Assembly (NCBI GenBank): GCA_036781205.1
Contig: DAIQBK010000003.1
Coordinates: 66,738 to 130,737, forward strand
Length of the DNA: 64,000 nucleotides
Direction of reading: 5' to 3'
Origin: Myxococcaceae bacterium
Lineage (GTDB): Bacteria; Myxococcota; Myxococcia; Myxococcales; Myxococcaceae
A program made the translations under genes and the position numbers. Each line of letters opens with the position of its first letter. Position 1 is the stretch's first letter. The notes below the pieces were generated by a model. The model was given only the letters and a program-made list of their open reading frames with translations, searched no databases and was not told the DNA's origin. Shown here piece by piece: positions 16,122 through 25,608 of this stretch.

Positions 16122-16672
16122 GCGAGCGCCTCCTCTCGGCGTGGTCGCGACCGCGGTCGCCCGACGACTCGCTCGAGCAGCCATAGCGCCCATCGCGCGT
16201 GGCGGCCCATCGGTCGCGCGGTGCGCTCCGGGATGCTGCCCATCACCACCGCGGTTTCCAGGCGGTCGAACATCGCCTCAATAACCCAATCATGAATGGG
16301 CTCGATCAACAATCGCCAACGCAGACTGCCGAGTCCTGTTCCCTGCAGCTGGATAGCGTGGGTTAAAAGAGAACCTCCGCTTTGTGGCAAGAGATCGAAC
16401 CGATGCCATCCCCAGAGCGAAGGAGTTTTGAACTCCACCCGCCAACGTTCTCCGTCCCACTGCTGCAAGCGAAAGGCAAACCGGCCATGTCCCAACTTGG
16501 TGACTCCCGGAATCAGCGCGAGTGGGTCGACACCAGGTGGATTTTTGCGCCAGCTCGCAATCACATCCCGTGTAAAGCAATCTCGGGTAGTCCCGCTCCA
16601 GGCCGCCTCGAGCCATGGCCGCAGCGCCTCTGGCTGAACTGAAAACACTCTACGATGCACATTGGCCTTCAC
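16118..16672 (-). CDS. SRPBCC/START-like family protein (tentative)
   Basis: 184 aa, with pattern and length reminiscent of polyketide-cyclase/SRPBCC ligand-binding proteins. GTG start with AGGAGG 6 nt upstream. Confidence 0.4.
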   Translation of the reverse strand: MKANVHRRVFSVQPEALRPWLEAAWSGTTRDCFTRDVIASWRKNPPGVDPLALIPGVTKLGHGRFAFRLQQWDGERWRVEFKTPSLWGWHRFDLLPQSGGSLLTHAIQLQGTGLGSLRWRLLIEPIHDWVIEAMFDRLETAVVMGSIPERTARPMGRHARWALWLLERVVGRPRSRPRREEALA

Positions 16673-16697
16673 CGCCGACCTCCTGTGAGCGCTTACA

Positions 16698-16715
16698 CCA
16701 TACGGTTACGTATGG
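16698..16715. promoter_or_regulatory. candidate TetR operator, perfect inverted repeat CCATACG-N4-CGTATGG
   Basis: ccatacggttacgtatgg lies in the 94-bp divergent intergenic region between the SRPBCC-like gene and the TetR gene. Confidence 0.55.
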
Positions 16716-16742
16716 TCGCCTAATCGCCTGGCCAAAGCCTTT

Positions 16743-16760
16743 CAATACGCTTACGTATGG
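16743..16760. promoter_or_regulatory. candidate TetR operator, second copy (CAATACG-N4-CGTATGG)
   Basis: caatacgcttacgtatgg has one mismatch to the dyad at 16698-16715, lies 45 bp from it centre to centre, and ends 6 nt before the TetR ATG. Confidence 0.5.
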
Positions 16761-16766
16761 AAACTG

Positions 16767-17381
16767 ATGAAGGCAATCGCTTCGACTGCAACAGAGAGTT
16801 CCTCGCGACTGGGGGCCGAGGCTTGGGAAGACGCGGCGCTCAAGGCAATCGCCGATCGGGGGTTGGCGGGAGCGGCGATCGAGCCGCTCGCGAAGAAGCT
16901 GGGAGTCACCAAGGGAAGCTTCTATTGGCACTTCGCCGATCGCGAGGCGCTGATTCGTGCCGCCCTGAAGTGCTGGGAGAAGCGTTCCACCGAGGACGTC
17001 ATCGCTTCGCTCGAAGCGATCGAAGATCCGCGCGACCGCCTGCGCCAGTTGTTCCGCCAGGTGAGTCAGCCAGGGCCGTGGACGCGATTGTCACTGACGA
17101 TCTCGGCTGCAGCCAACGATCCCGCGGTCCGGCCTGTACTGCAGCGGGTCTCTAAACGGCGCATCGCCTTCGTGGCGCGCTGCTACCGGCAGCTTGGATT
17201 TTCCGGACAGGATGCGCGGCACCGCGCCCGGCTCGCCTATGCCGCATACCTAGGCTTTCTTCATCTCAGTCGCGAAGCTCCGAAGGTCGTCTCGAACCGA
17301 GCGGATTTCGCGGCGTACGTGGAGCATGTGATCGCCACGCTCGTGCCACGCCGAATCCGCCCTCGCCCACATGGCAAATAA
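16767..17381 (+). CDS. TetR/AcrR family transcriptional regulator
   Basis: N-terminal HTH (IEPLAKKLGVTKGSFYWHFADREAL). Confidence 0.85.
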   Translation: MKAIASTATESSSRLGAEAWEDAALKAIADRGLAGAAIEPLAKKLGVTKGSFYWHFADREALIRAALKCWEKRSTEDVIASLEAIEDPRDRLRQLFRQVSQPGPWTRLSLTISAAANDPAVRPVLQRVSKRRIAFVARCYRQLGFSGQDARHRARLAYAAYLGFLHLSREAPKVVSNRADFAAYVEHVIATLVPRRIRPRPHGK

Positions 17382-17459
17382 CTAAGCAATTTAGGTAGCT
17401 TGTACGATCAGTGGAGCCGGGTACTTTGACCGAGCCCCGCTTCACCCAGAAAGAAGCGC

Positions 17460-17488
17460 TTGACGTGCGTAACGGAATTCACTAAATG
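17460..17488 (+). promoter_or_regulatory. candidate sigma-70 promoter (TTGACG - 17 nt - TAAATG)
   Basis: The -35/-10-like hexamers have a 17-nt spacer and sit in a conspicuously AT-rich 165-bp intergenic region upstream of the TetR/efflux operon. Confidence 0.35.
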
Positions 17489-17529
17489 AACGACGTTAAG
17501 TTTACACCGTTAACTTAGATAACGTTGTT
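17489..17529. promoter_or_regulatory. operator-like imperfect inverted repeat (AACGACGTTA-N21-TAACGTTGTT) with nested palindromes
   Basis: The arms match 9/10. Internal palindromes are GTTAAC, AACGTT and TAAGTT/AACTTA. It lies between the candidate -10 and the GTG at 17547. Confidence 0.35.
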
Positions 17530-17546
17530 CTAAGAAGGGACGCACG

Positions 17547-18176
17547 GTGGGTACCAAGGAGCGGCGAGCGCGAGAGCGACAAGGAACCCGGGAGAGGATT
17601 CTCGACGCCGCGCGCGAGCTCTTTATCAACGAGGGGTACGACGCCGTGACGATGCGCGAAGTCGCCGATCGGGCGGAGTACTCGCCGACTGCGATCTATG
17701 TGCACTTCAAAGACAAGGAGACGCTGCTGCGCGAGCTATGCAGCCTGGACTTCAACTCGCTCGCGGAGGCGTTTCAGAGAGTCGCCCAGATCCCTGATCC
17801 GATCGAGCGCCTCCGCCGCACCGGACAGGCCTACGTGGAATTCGCGACCCGACACCCCAACCAGTACCGCTTGATGTTCATGACGCCCCGGCCGCCCAAC
17901 TTTGAGCCGGACAGCAGCCGCAAAGGGAACATCCAGCAAGATGCATACGCATTCCTCGTCTCCGTCGTGCGCGACGCGATGGAGAAAGGAGCCTTCCGGC
18001 AAGAATTGACCGATCCGGAACTGCTGGCGCAGGTGCTGTGGTCCGCGGTGCACGGGTTGATCGCGCTTCACCTCATCGGAGTCAAAGACAAGTGGGTCGA
18101 TTGGCGACCAATCGACGTCGCGGCTCCGGCGGTTCTCGACGCTCTCTACCGGGGCGTCCTTCGACAGGAGCGTTAG
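17547..18176 (+). CDS. TetR/AcrR family transcriptional regulator
   Basis: HTH (AVTMREVADRAEYSPTAIYVHFKDKETL). The stop is directly followed by the permease ATG. Confidence 0.85.
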   Translation: MGTKERRARERQGTRERILDAARELFINEGYDAVTMREVADRAEYSPTAIYVHFKDKETLLRELCSLDFNSLAEAFQRVAQIPDPIERLRRTGQAYVEFATRHPNQYRLMFMTPRPPNFEPDSSRKGNIQQDAYAFLVSVVRDAMEKGAFRQELTDPELLAQVLWSAVHGLIALHLIGVKDKWVDWRPIDVAAPAVLDALYRGVLRQER

Positions 18177-19301
18177 ATGGTCGATCTTGCTCGAAAGAAT
18201 TTACTCCATGACAAGCTGCGCTTCGCGATCACCATCTCCGGGGTCGCCTTCGCGGTCACCCTGGTGTTGGTGCAGATCGGCTTGTTTCTGGGCCTTCTGG
18301 ATAACGCCACCATCACCATCGAGCGGATCCCCGCGGACTTCTGGGTCACCTCGAAGAACACTCCAAACGTGGACTTTGCCCACACCTTCCCGGACTCTCG
18401 CGTGCAGCGCGTCCGTTCGGTCCCGGGAGTCCAAACCGCGGACAATTTGATCGTCCAGTTCATGAACGTGGCGCTGCCCAGCGGCGCGGAAGAGAGCACG
18501 GTCGTCTACGCGCTGGAAAACTTCGAACGCTGGGGCCTTCCGTGGAAGGTGGTCCAAGGCAACGTCTCGGACCTCAGACGCGGAGCATACGTCTTCCTGG
18601 ACGCATCCGCTGCCAAACGGTTCGGACCGTTCGAGCTCGGGGACTACCGCGAGTTCGCGGGAAGCCGACTCAAAATCATCGGGGTCACGAAAGAAGCGCG
18701 TTCCTTCACCACCACCCCACTCTCGTTCATGGACTTTGACCTCGCGCAGCGGGTGTTCACGAATCTCTCCAACCGCGCCAGCTACATCCTGGTCAAGCTC
18801 GCGCCGGGCGCCGATCCGGAAGCGGTCCGCGCTGAAATTCGGCGGCGTCTTCCCTTCAACGACGTCTTCACTCGTCGCGAGTGGGCTAGCCGCTCCCGCA
18901 ACTATTGGATCATCAGCACCGGCCTAGGCCTGAACATGTTCATTACCGTCTTCCTGGGCTGCCTGGTCGGCGTGGTGGTGGTAGCCCAGACCCTCTACAC
19001 CTCGACGATGGAGCACCTCAAAGAGTTTGGGACAGTGAAAGCGATCGGCGGTGGGAACTCGGACATCTATGGAATCCTGGCTCGCCAAGCGACCATCTCA
19101 GCGCTGGTCGGTTTCGTGTTCGGGGCGATCCCCTCGTATCTGATGAGCACGCTCATCGCCCGAGCCGACCTGAAGCTGATCATCCCCCCAGCGCTCTGGA
19201 CCGGGGTTTTCGTCGGCACGATTGTGATGTGCCTTGGTGCCGCGCTGATCTCCTTCCGGAAGGTCGCATCGATCGATCCGGCACTCGTCTTCCGAACTTG
19301 A
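18177..19301 (+). CDS. ABC transporter permease, FtsX/MacB-type
   Basis: 374 aa with an N-terminal TM helix, a large periplasmic domain and three C-terminal TM helices, which is the FtsX-like topology. Confidence 0.8.
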   Translation: MVDLARKNLLHDKLRFAITISGVAFAVTLVLVQIGLFLGLLDNATITIERIPADFWVTSKNTPNVDFAHTFPDSRVQRVRSVPGVQTADNLIVQFMNVALPSGAEESTVVYALENFERWGLPWKVVQGNVSDLRRGAYVFLDASAAKRFGPFELGDYREFAGSRLKIIGVTKEARSFTTTPLSFMDFDLAQRVFTNLSNRASYILVKLAPGADPEAVRAEIRRRLPFNDVFTRREWASRSRNYWIISTGLGLNMFITVFLGCLVGVVVVAQTLYTSTMEHLKEFGTVKAIGGGNSDIYGILARQATISALVGFVFGAIPSYLMSTLIARADLKLIIPPALWTGVFVGTIVMCLGAALISFRKVASIDPALVFRT

Positions 19302-19311
19302 GAGGTGCCCA

Positions 19312-19983
19312 ATGCCTGTGCTGCAAGCAAATGAGATCCGAAAGTCGTTCAAGGAAGGACGCGAGCTGGTGAACGTGCTCAACGGCGTGTCACTTTCGCT
19401 AGAGCCAGGCGAGGTCACGGCACTCGAGGGGCCATCCGGTTCCGGCAAGACCACTCTGCTGTCGATCATCGGCTGCATCCTGACTCCCAATTCCGGCGAC
19501 CTCTTCATCGACGGCGAACGAGTCGACCCCAAGCGCTCGGACCGACTTCCCGGCATTCGGCGGCGGGCGATCGGCTTCGTCTTTCAGCAGTTCAACTTGT
19601 TCCCCGCGCTCACCGCCCTCGAGAATGTCGAATACGCGCTCAACATCAAGGGGACGCGCGGCCCCGAGGCGCGCTCGCAGGCGCAGACGGCGCTGGACAA
19701 AGTGGGGCTGTCGGATCGCCGCTCGTTTTTACCCAGGGATCTCTCGGGTGGACAGAAGCAGCGGATCGCGATTGCGCGAGCACTGGCGGGGAATCCGAAG
19801 GTTTTGCTCGCGGACGAGCCCACCGCGAATCTCGATTCGCAAATGGGGATGCAGATCCTCGATTTGTTTCGTGCGCTGGCGAAACAGGAGAACCGAGCTC
19901 TGCTGATCGTCACCCATGACGCAAAAGTTCGAAACATTTCCGACCGCGTCGTCCGGATTCAAGACGGCCGACTCCTGAATTGA
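19312..19983 (+). CDS. ABC transporter ATP-binding protein (MacB/LolD-like)
   Basis: Walker A GPSGSGKTT, signature LSGGQKQR, and Walker B LLADEPT. Confidence 0.9.
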   Translation: MPVLQANEIRKSFKEGRELVNVLNGVSLSLEPGEVTALEGPSGSGKTTLLSIIGCILTPNSGDLFIDGERVDPKRSDRLPGIRRRAIGFVFQQFNLFPALTALENVEYALNIKGTRGPEARSQAQTALDKVGLSDRRSFLPRDLSGGQKQRIAIARALAGNPKVLLADEPTANLDSQMGMQILDLFRALAKQENRALLIVTHDAKVRNISDRVVRIQDGRLLN

Positions 19984-19996
19984 AAGAGGTGCTTCG

Positions 19997-20878
19997 ATGA
20001 TCCGAAAGATGAACCTGAAAACGCTCGCCACGGTGCTCTTGGGAATTCTGCTCACCGCCTATGCGGTGTTTCAGGTGCGGGGTGGATCCAGTGCGGGCGC
20101 GGTCGCGAAGACTGCAAACGCGGCGAGCGCGCGGGATACCCGGCTGCGCGCTGAGGGCCGGATGGCCGCCTACCCCGGCGCCCAGGTCGTGGTCGGCACC
20201 GACTTCGCCGGAACGGTCTCGCGCCTTTTGGTGAACGAAAAAGACACCGTTCATCGCGGTGACGTGCTGGCGGAGATCCGCGCGGACGAGGAGCGGGCGC
20301 AGCTGGCCGAGGCCAAAGCGCGCATCGCGGAGGCCAAGGCCGACGTGACTTTTTACGAATTTGAAGCCGACCGGCTGCAGCGCTTGTGGGAATCTCGATC
20401 GGTTCCGCGCAATCAGCTCGATCGCGCTGTCCGCGATCGCGACGCCGCACGAGCACGACTGCAAAGCTCAACCGCGACCGCGCGTCGGATTGAAGCCATC
20501 CTCGACAAGGCGCGGATTGTCGCCCCGATCGATGGCGTGGTCCTGCTCCGTCAAGTGGAAGCCGGCGAGAGCGTGGACAAAGGAGCAAAGCTCTTCACTC
20601 TCGCCGACCTCTCCAAGGTGCGGGTCGAAGCCGAGGTGGATGAGTTCGACATCGGCAGCTTGAAAGTCGGCTCCGAGGTGGAAGTCATGGCCGAGGGCTT
20701 CCCCAAGTCGTGGAAGGGCCGAGTCGAGGAAATTCCCGACTCCGTCGGTCCTCGCAAGCTCAAGCCGCAGGATCCCGGCAAGCCGGCGGACACCCGAGTG
20801 CTACTGGTCAAGGTCGCACTGGGTGAACCCACGCCGCTCAAGCTCGGGCAACGGGTCGAAGTCTCGCTGCGGCCGTAG
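19997..20878 (+). CDS. efflux periplasmic adaptor subunit (HlyD/MFP family)
   Basis: N-terminal TM anchor, coiled-coil hairpin region, and lipoyl/beta-barrel motifs (IVAPIDGVV). Confidence 0.8.
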   Translation: MIRKMNLKTLATVLLGILLTAYAVFQVRGGSSAGAVAKTANAASARDTRLRAEGRMAAYPGAQVVVGTDFAGTVSRLLVNEKDTVHRGDVLAEIRADEERAQLAEAKARIAEAKADVTFYEFEADRLQRLWESRSVPRNQLDRAVRDRDAARARLQSSTATARRIEAILDKARIVAPIDGVVLLRQVEAGESVDKGAKLFTLADLSKVRVEAEVDEFDIGSLKVGSEVEVMAEGFPKSWKGRVEEIPDSVGPRKLKPQDPGKPADTRVLLVKVALGEPTPLKLGQRVEVSLRP

Positions 20879-20919
20879 CTCCTGCTGCCGCCCTCCCCCC
20901 TGTTTCCTATTTCCTCGCC

Positions 20920-22425
20920 ATGCGCGAATTGCACTCGGAGTATGCCTTGCAGACGCTCAAAGCCCGAAGCCGAAACCAAGCCCTTCTGTTTCTCGCCCTC
21001 TTCAGCTCGCTAGCGCCCGCCTACGCCCAGACGCGCTCAGCCGTTTCGGCGGATCCGCAAGCCAGCGTTTCGCAGCTGCTTCACAGACTGAAGACGGATC
21101 CTCAAGGGCTGAACGAGGATCAGGTGGCGGAAACGGTCTTGCGGGAAAGCCCGGACTTGAAGGCGCGCAGAGAACAAGTCCTCGCCGCCGCAGCCGCGGT
21201 GGACCAGGCTCGGATTGCCTTCCTCCCAAGGCTCACCACTTCGGGAACGGTGGGTATCGCCTCGCGGATTCAGACCGGTGAGCTGGGCAACCTTGTCGCT
21301 GCGCCCGGGGCGCCCGCCGGCCCGCTTGCTCCAAGCACGCCGCTCGTGAACGCGCCCATTTCTTTCCCCCTTTCACCGGGGCACCGCTATGCGCTGCAGG
21401 CTTCATTGAACGTCCCTCTCTCCGATTACCTGCTTCGGACGCGGCAGGCGCTTTCCGGCGCGCGGAAGAACGAGGATTCAGCGGAGGTGAACCGGCAGGC
21501 CTCGACCCTGAACACGGCGGTCGAAGCGCGGGTGCTTTTCTACAACTGGGTGCGGGCTCAACTGCAAACCCTGGTCGCGGAGCAAACGCTGCGCCAATCG
21601 GAGGATCACCTTCACGACGTGCGCAACGCGTTCGACGCGGAACAGGCGTCCAGAGCGGACGTTCTGTCAAGCGAATCACAGCGGGCTCGGTCCGAGCTTC
21701 TGCTGGAAAGGGCGAAAGACCTTGCGGAGTTCGCGGAGCAACAGCTTCGAATCGCCATGCACGACGCGGCCGGCTCGCCCTACCAAGTCGGGCAGAACGT
21801 ACTGACGACCGATCCGATCTTCCCTCACGCCGAGGATCTGGCGAGCCTTCAGAGAGAGGGCGTCCAGGCTCGGCTGGAGCCGCGCGCCTTGGAACGAACC
21901 TCGGATGCCCTGAAAGAACAGGCGAAGGTCGCCAACGCGGGCCTTTTCCCTCGGCTGGATGGGATCGCGAATGTGCTCTACGCCAATCCCAACACCAGCA
22001 TCTTTCCCTTGAGGGACACTTTCACCACCACTTGGCTCGTCGGGCTCCAGGCCACTTGGGAAATCACCGGAATCGCGGATGCGGCAGCGGCCCGGCGCGG
22101 ATTCGAGGCTCGCGCGGCGGAAACCGAGGCTCGCCGGAGCGCCACCGAAGACGCAATCCGCACCGAAATCGCCCAGAGCTGGCAAGCCGTGGAAGACGCG
22201 CGCGCCGCGGCGCGGTGGAGCGCGCTCAGCTTGGTCTCGTCAGAGGAAGCCTACCGAGTCCGAAGGGAGCTGTTTCAAAACGGCCGTGCCTCCAACGTCG
22301 AGCTCACGGATGCCGAGACGGATCTCACCGCGTCGCGGTTTAGCGTCGTCGACGCGCAGATCGACCTCCGCATCGCAGCGATCCGTCTGGCCCACGCCAC
22401 TGGGCGCGATGTCCGGGGTCGATAG
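20920..22425 (+). CDS. TolC-family outer membrane efflux protein
   Basis: Signal peptide (ALFSSLAPAYAQ) and two-fold repeated helical/beta architecture, 501 aa. It is the last gene of the efflux operon. Confidence 0.8.
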   Translation: MRELHSEYALQTLKARSRNQALLFLALFSSLAPAYAQTRSAVSADPQASVSQLLHRLKTDPQGLNEDQVAETVLRESPDLKARREQVLAAAAAVDQARIAFLPRLTTSGTVGIASRIQTGELGNLVAAPGAPAGPLAPSTPLVNAPISFPLSPGHRYALQASLNVPLSDYLLRTRQALSGARKNEDSAEVNRQASTLNTAVEARVLFYNWVRAQLQTLVAEQTLRQSEDHLHDVRNAFDAEQASRADVLSSESQRARSELLLERAKDLAEFAEQQLRIAMHDAAGSPYQVGQNVLTTDPIFPHAEDLASLQREGVQARLEPRALERTSDALKEQAKVANAGLFPRLDGIANVLYANPNTSIFPLRDTFTTTWLVGLQATWEITGIADAAAARRGFEARAAETEARRSATEDAIRTEIAQSWQAVEDARAAARWSALSLVSSEEAYRVRRELFQNGRASNVELTDAETDLTASRFSVVDAQIDLRIAAIRLAHATGRDVRGR

Positions 22426-22481
22426 ATTCGGCCGCAGAGCGGGCTGGCTCTCTTTCTTCGGGCGTGATTGGCTAGCGGTGC

Positions 22482-22982
22482 ATGTCTTCCGGCGGGGACC
22501 CGGCTCTGATCGATTTTCTGCGCTCGATCGCGCTCTTTGGAGGACTGAGCGACGACTCCCTGCGCCGGATCGAGACGATGCTGGTCCCGTGCAATTACGA
22601 GCCGGGGTGCGTCATCTGCGCGGAGGGCGAGTCCGGCCGAGCGATGTTCGTGGTCCGGGATGGCGAGGTCGAAGTTCAGCGGAGCTGCACCGACGGAGGG
22701 GCAGTACCGATCGTTCGGCTGGGCCCTGGCGAATTCTTCGGTGAGATGAGCCTGGTCGAGATTCAGCCGCGCTCGGCAACAGTCAAGGTGATCGAGCCGG
22801 CGCTGTTGTACTCGATGACCAATCGGGACCTCTATACGCTCTATGGTCGGGATTTGAACGCCTACATTCTGGTGCTGCAGAACATCTGCCGGCAGTTGGC
22901 CCGCCGTCTGCGCAAGTCGGACAGTCGGCTGAGCGACCTGCTCGCGATCATGCGAAAGCCCACTGGCGGCGAGACGGTCTAA
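22482..22982 (+). CDS. cyclic nucleotide-binding domain protein
   Basis: Single cNMP-binding domain of 166 aa with no effector domain (FGGLSDDSL..., GPGEFFGEMSLV...RSATV). Confidence 0.8.
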   Translation: MSSGGDPALIDFLRSIALFGGLSDDSLRRIETMLVPCNYEPGCVICAEGESGRAMFVVRDGEVEVQRSCTDGGAVPIVRLGPGEFFGEMSLVEIQPRSATVKVIEPALLYSMTNRDLYTLYGRDLNAYILVLQNICRQLARRLRKSDSRLSDLLAIMRKPTGGETV

Positions 22983-23059
22983 GCGGCGACTTCCGACGCA
23001 TCAGGTGAAATGGAGCCGGTGCCCAGGCCGTACTCGGGCGTCCACTCACTCTCTGGAGG

Positions 23060-23752
23060 ATGCTCATGCTTGCTTTCGTATCGCTGGTTCTTCTGGCCGC
23101 CGCGCCTGCCCCAAAAAGCTGGGACTTCAAGACGGGTCCCACTCCCAAGGTGTCCGTTTCCAACGTGGCCGGCTCCGTCTCTATCGAAGGGACTTCGGGC
23201 GACCACGTGATGGTGGAAGCCAAAGTCGTCGGGGATGAAAATTCGCCCTGGATCGTCGAAGCGCACGCGGATGGCAACGAGGTGAAGGTTCGCGCCTGCT
23301 GCGGCAGCTGTGACGAAAGGGGGAGCTGCCATTCCAATCACGACCACGTCGAGCTCACCCTCAAAGTCCCGGAGCAATCGGCGCTCCGGCTGAAAACAGT
23401 CTCCTCGAGCGTGAACGTGCGCGGCGTCAAAGGCTCGGAGTCGATTCACTCGGTCAGCGGTGCGATCGAGGTGGCGGGAACGGGAAAGGAGCTCGAGCTG
23501 CACTCCGTATCGGGTTCAATCAAGGTTTCCCCGTCGGCGATCGACAACGCGAACATCCACACCGTTTCCGGTGACGTGCAGCTCAAGCTTCCCGCCAGTC
23601 CCGACGTCACGGTGCGCTTGAAGACCGTTTCGGGCCGCCTCAATAAGGAAGGCCGAACCCTCGGACGCACTGAAAAGGTATTCGGCAAGGGCACGAAGGA
23701 GATCGACATCCACACCGTGAGCGGGTCGGTCGAAACGGATCCCACCATCTAA
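23060..23752 (+). CDS. DUF4097-like beta-strand repeat protein (putative adhesin fold)
   Basis: Signal peptide and recurring VSGxI/V units (VSGAIEV, VSGSIKV, VSGDVQL, VSGRLN, VSGSVET). Confidence 0.6.
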   Translation: MLMLAFVSLVLLAAAPAPKSWDFKTGPTPKVSVSNVAGSVSIEGTSGDHVMVEAKVVGDENSPWIVEAHADGNEVKVRACCGSCDERGSCHSNHDHVELTLKVPEQSALRLKTVSSSVNVRGVKGSESIHSVSGAIEVAGTGKELELHSVSGSIKVSPSAIDNANIHTVSGDVQLKLPASPDVTVRLKTVSGRLNKEGRTLGRTEKVFGKGTKEIDIHTVSGSVETDPTI

Positions 23753-23795
23753 AGGATTTAAGCTAAGAGGTCTGGCGCTGATCAGGAGACCTCCG

Positions 23796-24803
23796 ATGCA
23801 GCTTGTCCTCGTCCTCGCCTCGACCCTGCTCGCCGCCCCCGACGGCGGCGTCTCGGTTACCGATGTAAGGGTGTTGCCCGCGACTGGGTTGAAGCTTCCG
23901 GGAGCTCCAGGCCGGATCGGAATGGACTACCTGGCGTATGATCCGCAGACGCATCAGGTCTGGGTGCCGGCGAGCAACACCGGGCGCACCATGGTGATCG
24001 ATTCCTCCACCCGAAAAATCAGCACCGTCGATGGCTTTCCAACGGTGACGAAAGACAACCGCACGTCCGGCCCGACTTCGGCCACGATTGGAGAGGGTTT
24101 TGTCTACGTCGGAAACCGAGCCGATTCATCGATCTGCCCAGTTGAAAAAAAGAGCCTCAAACTCGGTTCTTGCCTCAAGTTGGATTCCACGCCGGACGGC
24201 ATCGCGTACGTGGCGACCACCAAGGAGGTCTGGGTCACGACGCCGCGAGACAAATCGCTGCGGATTCTCGATGCGAGCGGCCCCAATCTCAGCGCCAAAG
24301 CGGTGCTGCCGGTCGATGGCCAGCCCGAAGGTTACGCCGTCGATCCGGGGCGCGGGGTGTTCTACACCAACCTCGAAGACAAGGATGTGACGCTCGCGAT
24401 CGACGTTCGCACCCGCAAAATCAACGCCACCTATCATCCGAAGTGTGGGGCGGCGGGACCGCGCGGACTCTCCATCGATCTGGACAAGCAGCTGCTGTTC
24501 GTCGCCTGCACCGATCACGGCGCTACGCTCGCGCTTAAAGCTGGAGGCAAACTGGTCGCCGAGGCGCAGACTGGAGGCGGCGTCGACAATCCCGACTACC
24601 TACCCTCGCGCAAGCTGTTGTACCTGGCCAGCGGCAAGACCGCGACGCTGCACATCTTCCAGGTGTCTGAGGACGGCGGGCTCAAACCCATCGCCACCGC
24701 GCCCACTGCCAACGGCGCGCGGGTGGTGGTCGTGGACGGCAAGGGCACTGCCTTTGTCGCGGATTCGGCGGGCGGCCAGCTGGTGGTGGTCGACCCGCCC
24801 TGA
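23796..24803 (+). CDS. secreted YncE/YVTN-like beta-propeller protein
   Basis: Signal peptide and repeated motifs of the lactonase/YVTN propeller type (PEGYAVDPGRGVFYT, LFVACTDHG, AFVADSAGGQLVVVD). Confidence 0.5.
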   Translation: MQLVLVLASTLLAAPDGGVSVTDVRVLPATGLKLPGAPGRIGMDYLAYDPQTHQVWVPASNTGRTMVIDSSTRKISTVDGFPTVTKDNRTSGPTSATIGEGFVYVGNRADSSICPVEKKSLKLGSCLKLDSTPDGIAYVATTKEVWVTTPRDKSLRILDASGPNLSAKAVLPVDGQPEGYAVDPGRGVFYTNLEDKDVTLAIDVRTRKINATYHPKCGAAGPRGLSIDLDKQLLFVACTDHGATLALKAGGKLVAEAQTGGGVDNPDYLPSRKLLYLASGKTATLHIFQVSEDGGLKPIATAPTANGARVVVVDGKGTAFVADSAGGQLVVVDPP

Positions 24804-24827
24804 CCCGGCGCTCGGAGTTCCGAGACA

Positions 24828-25490
24828 GTGAACGATGGACTACAGGCCGGCGCGTGGGTGCTCGCGCTCGGACTGGGTCTCGCAGCCTGCGTCCAGCTCC
24901 GCCGTTGGGGAGTCCCAACAACGTACATCCGCGATCTGCTCCACGTTTGTGCCGGCGTCTGGGTGCTCGGATGGCCTTTTTGGCACCATTGGGGCACGCC
25001 AGTGGCGATCACCGGAGGTGCCACGTTGCTGATCGCGATGGGACCCAGTCTCGCGCGGCGGATACCTGCAGCGGCCTCGTTTCGAGACAGCGTCTCTGAC
25101 GCAGACGAGCGGTGGCTGGGCTTGGTCTTCTACACCCTGGCCTTTGCTCTCTTCACCGCCGCTGGAATGTGTGTCGAGCGCTACTCGGCGGCCGCTGCCC
25201 TGTGGGCGCTGTGCCTGGGGGACGGCGTCGGCGGGGCGGTGGGCAGGCGTTTGGGGCGGCACTCCTTTTCGGTGCCGGGAGGGAAACGCAAGAGCCTGGA
25301 GGGGAGCGCCGCAGTTGCGTTGTTCGCCGCCGTGGGTGTGGAGCTGGCCGGCGCCTACTTCGGCGAACCGGTCGCGCTGGGCAGAGCGCTCGTTCTGGGT
25401 CTGGTGGCTTCCTTCGCCGAAGCGTTGTCCCCCCGGGCAACAGACAACTTGCTGGTTCCACTGGCGGTCTGGTTGAGCGCGAATATTTAG
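24828..25490 (+). CDS. polytopic membrane protein, polyprenol/phytol/dolichol kinase-like (cytidylyltransferase superfamily)
   Basis: Multiple TM helices. The motifs GDGVGGAVGRRLGRH...GKRKSLEGS and SFAEALSPRATDNL resemble CTP-dependent polyprenol kinases. GTG start. Confidence 0.5.
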   Translation: MNDGLQAGAWVLALGLGLAACVQLRRWGVPTTYIRDLLHVCAGVWVLGWPFWHHWGTPVAITGGATLLIAMGPSLARRIPAAASFRDSVSDADERWLGLVFYTLAFALFTAAGMCVERYSAAAALWALCLGDGVGGAVGRRLGRHSFSVPGGKRKSLEGSAAVALFAAVGVELAGAYFGEPVALGRALVLGLVASFAEALSPRATDNLLVPLAVWLSANI

Positions 25491-25608
25491 GAAAAAATTT
25501 CCGTCCAATTGCCTCGAACCCAGCGCAAGGCCGCAGATTTGCTGGCTCCGGGCTGGCACTGCGCTTGCCATAACGTCTCGGTCGTTCGACAACTCTCGGA
25601 GGCAATGA

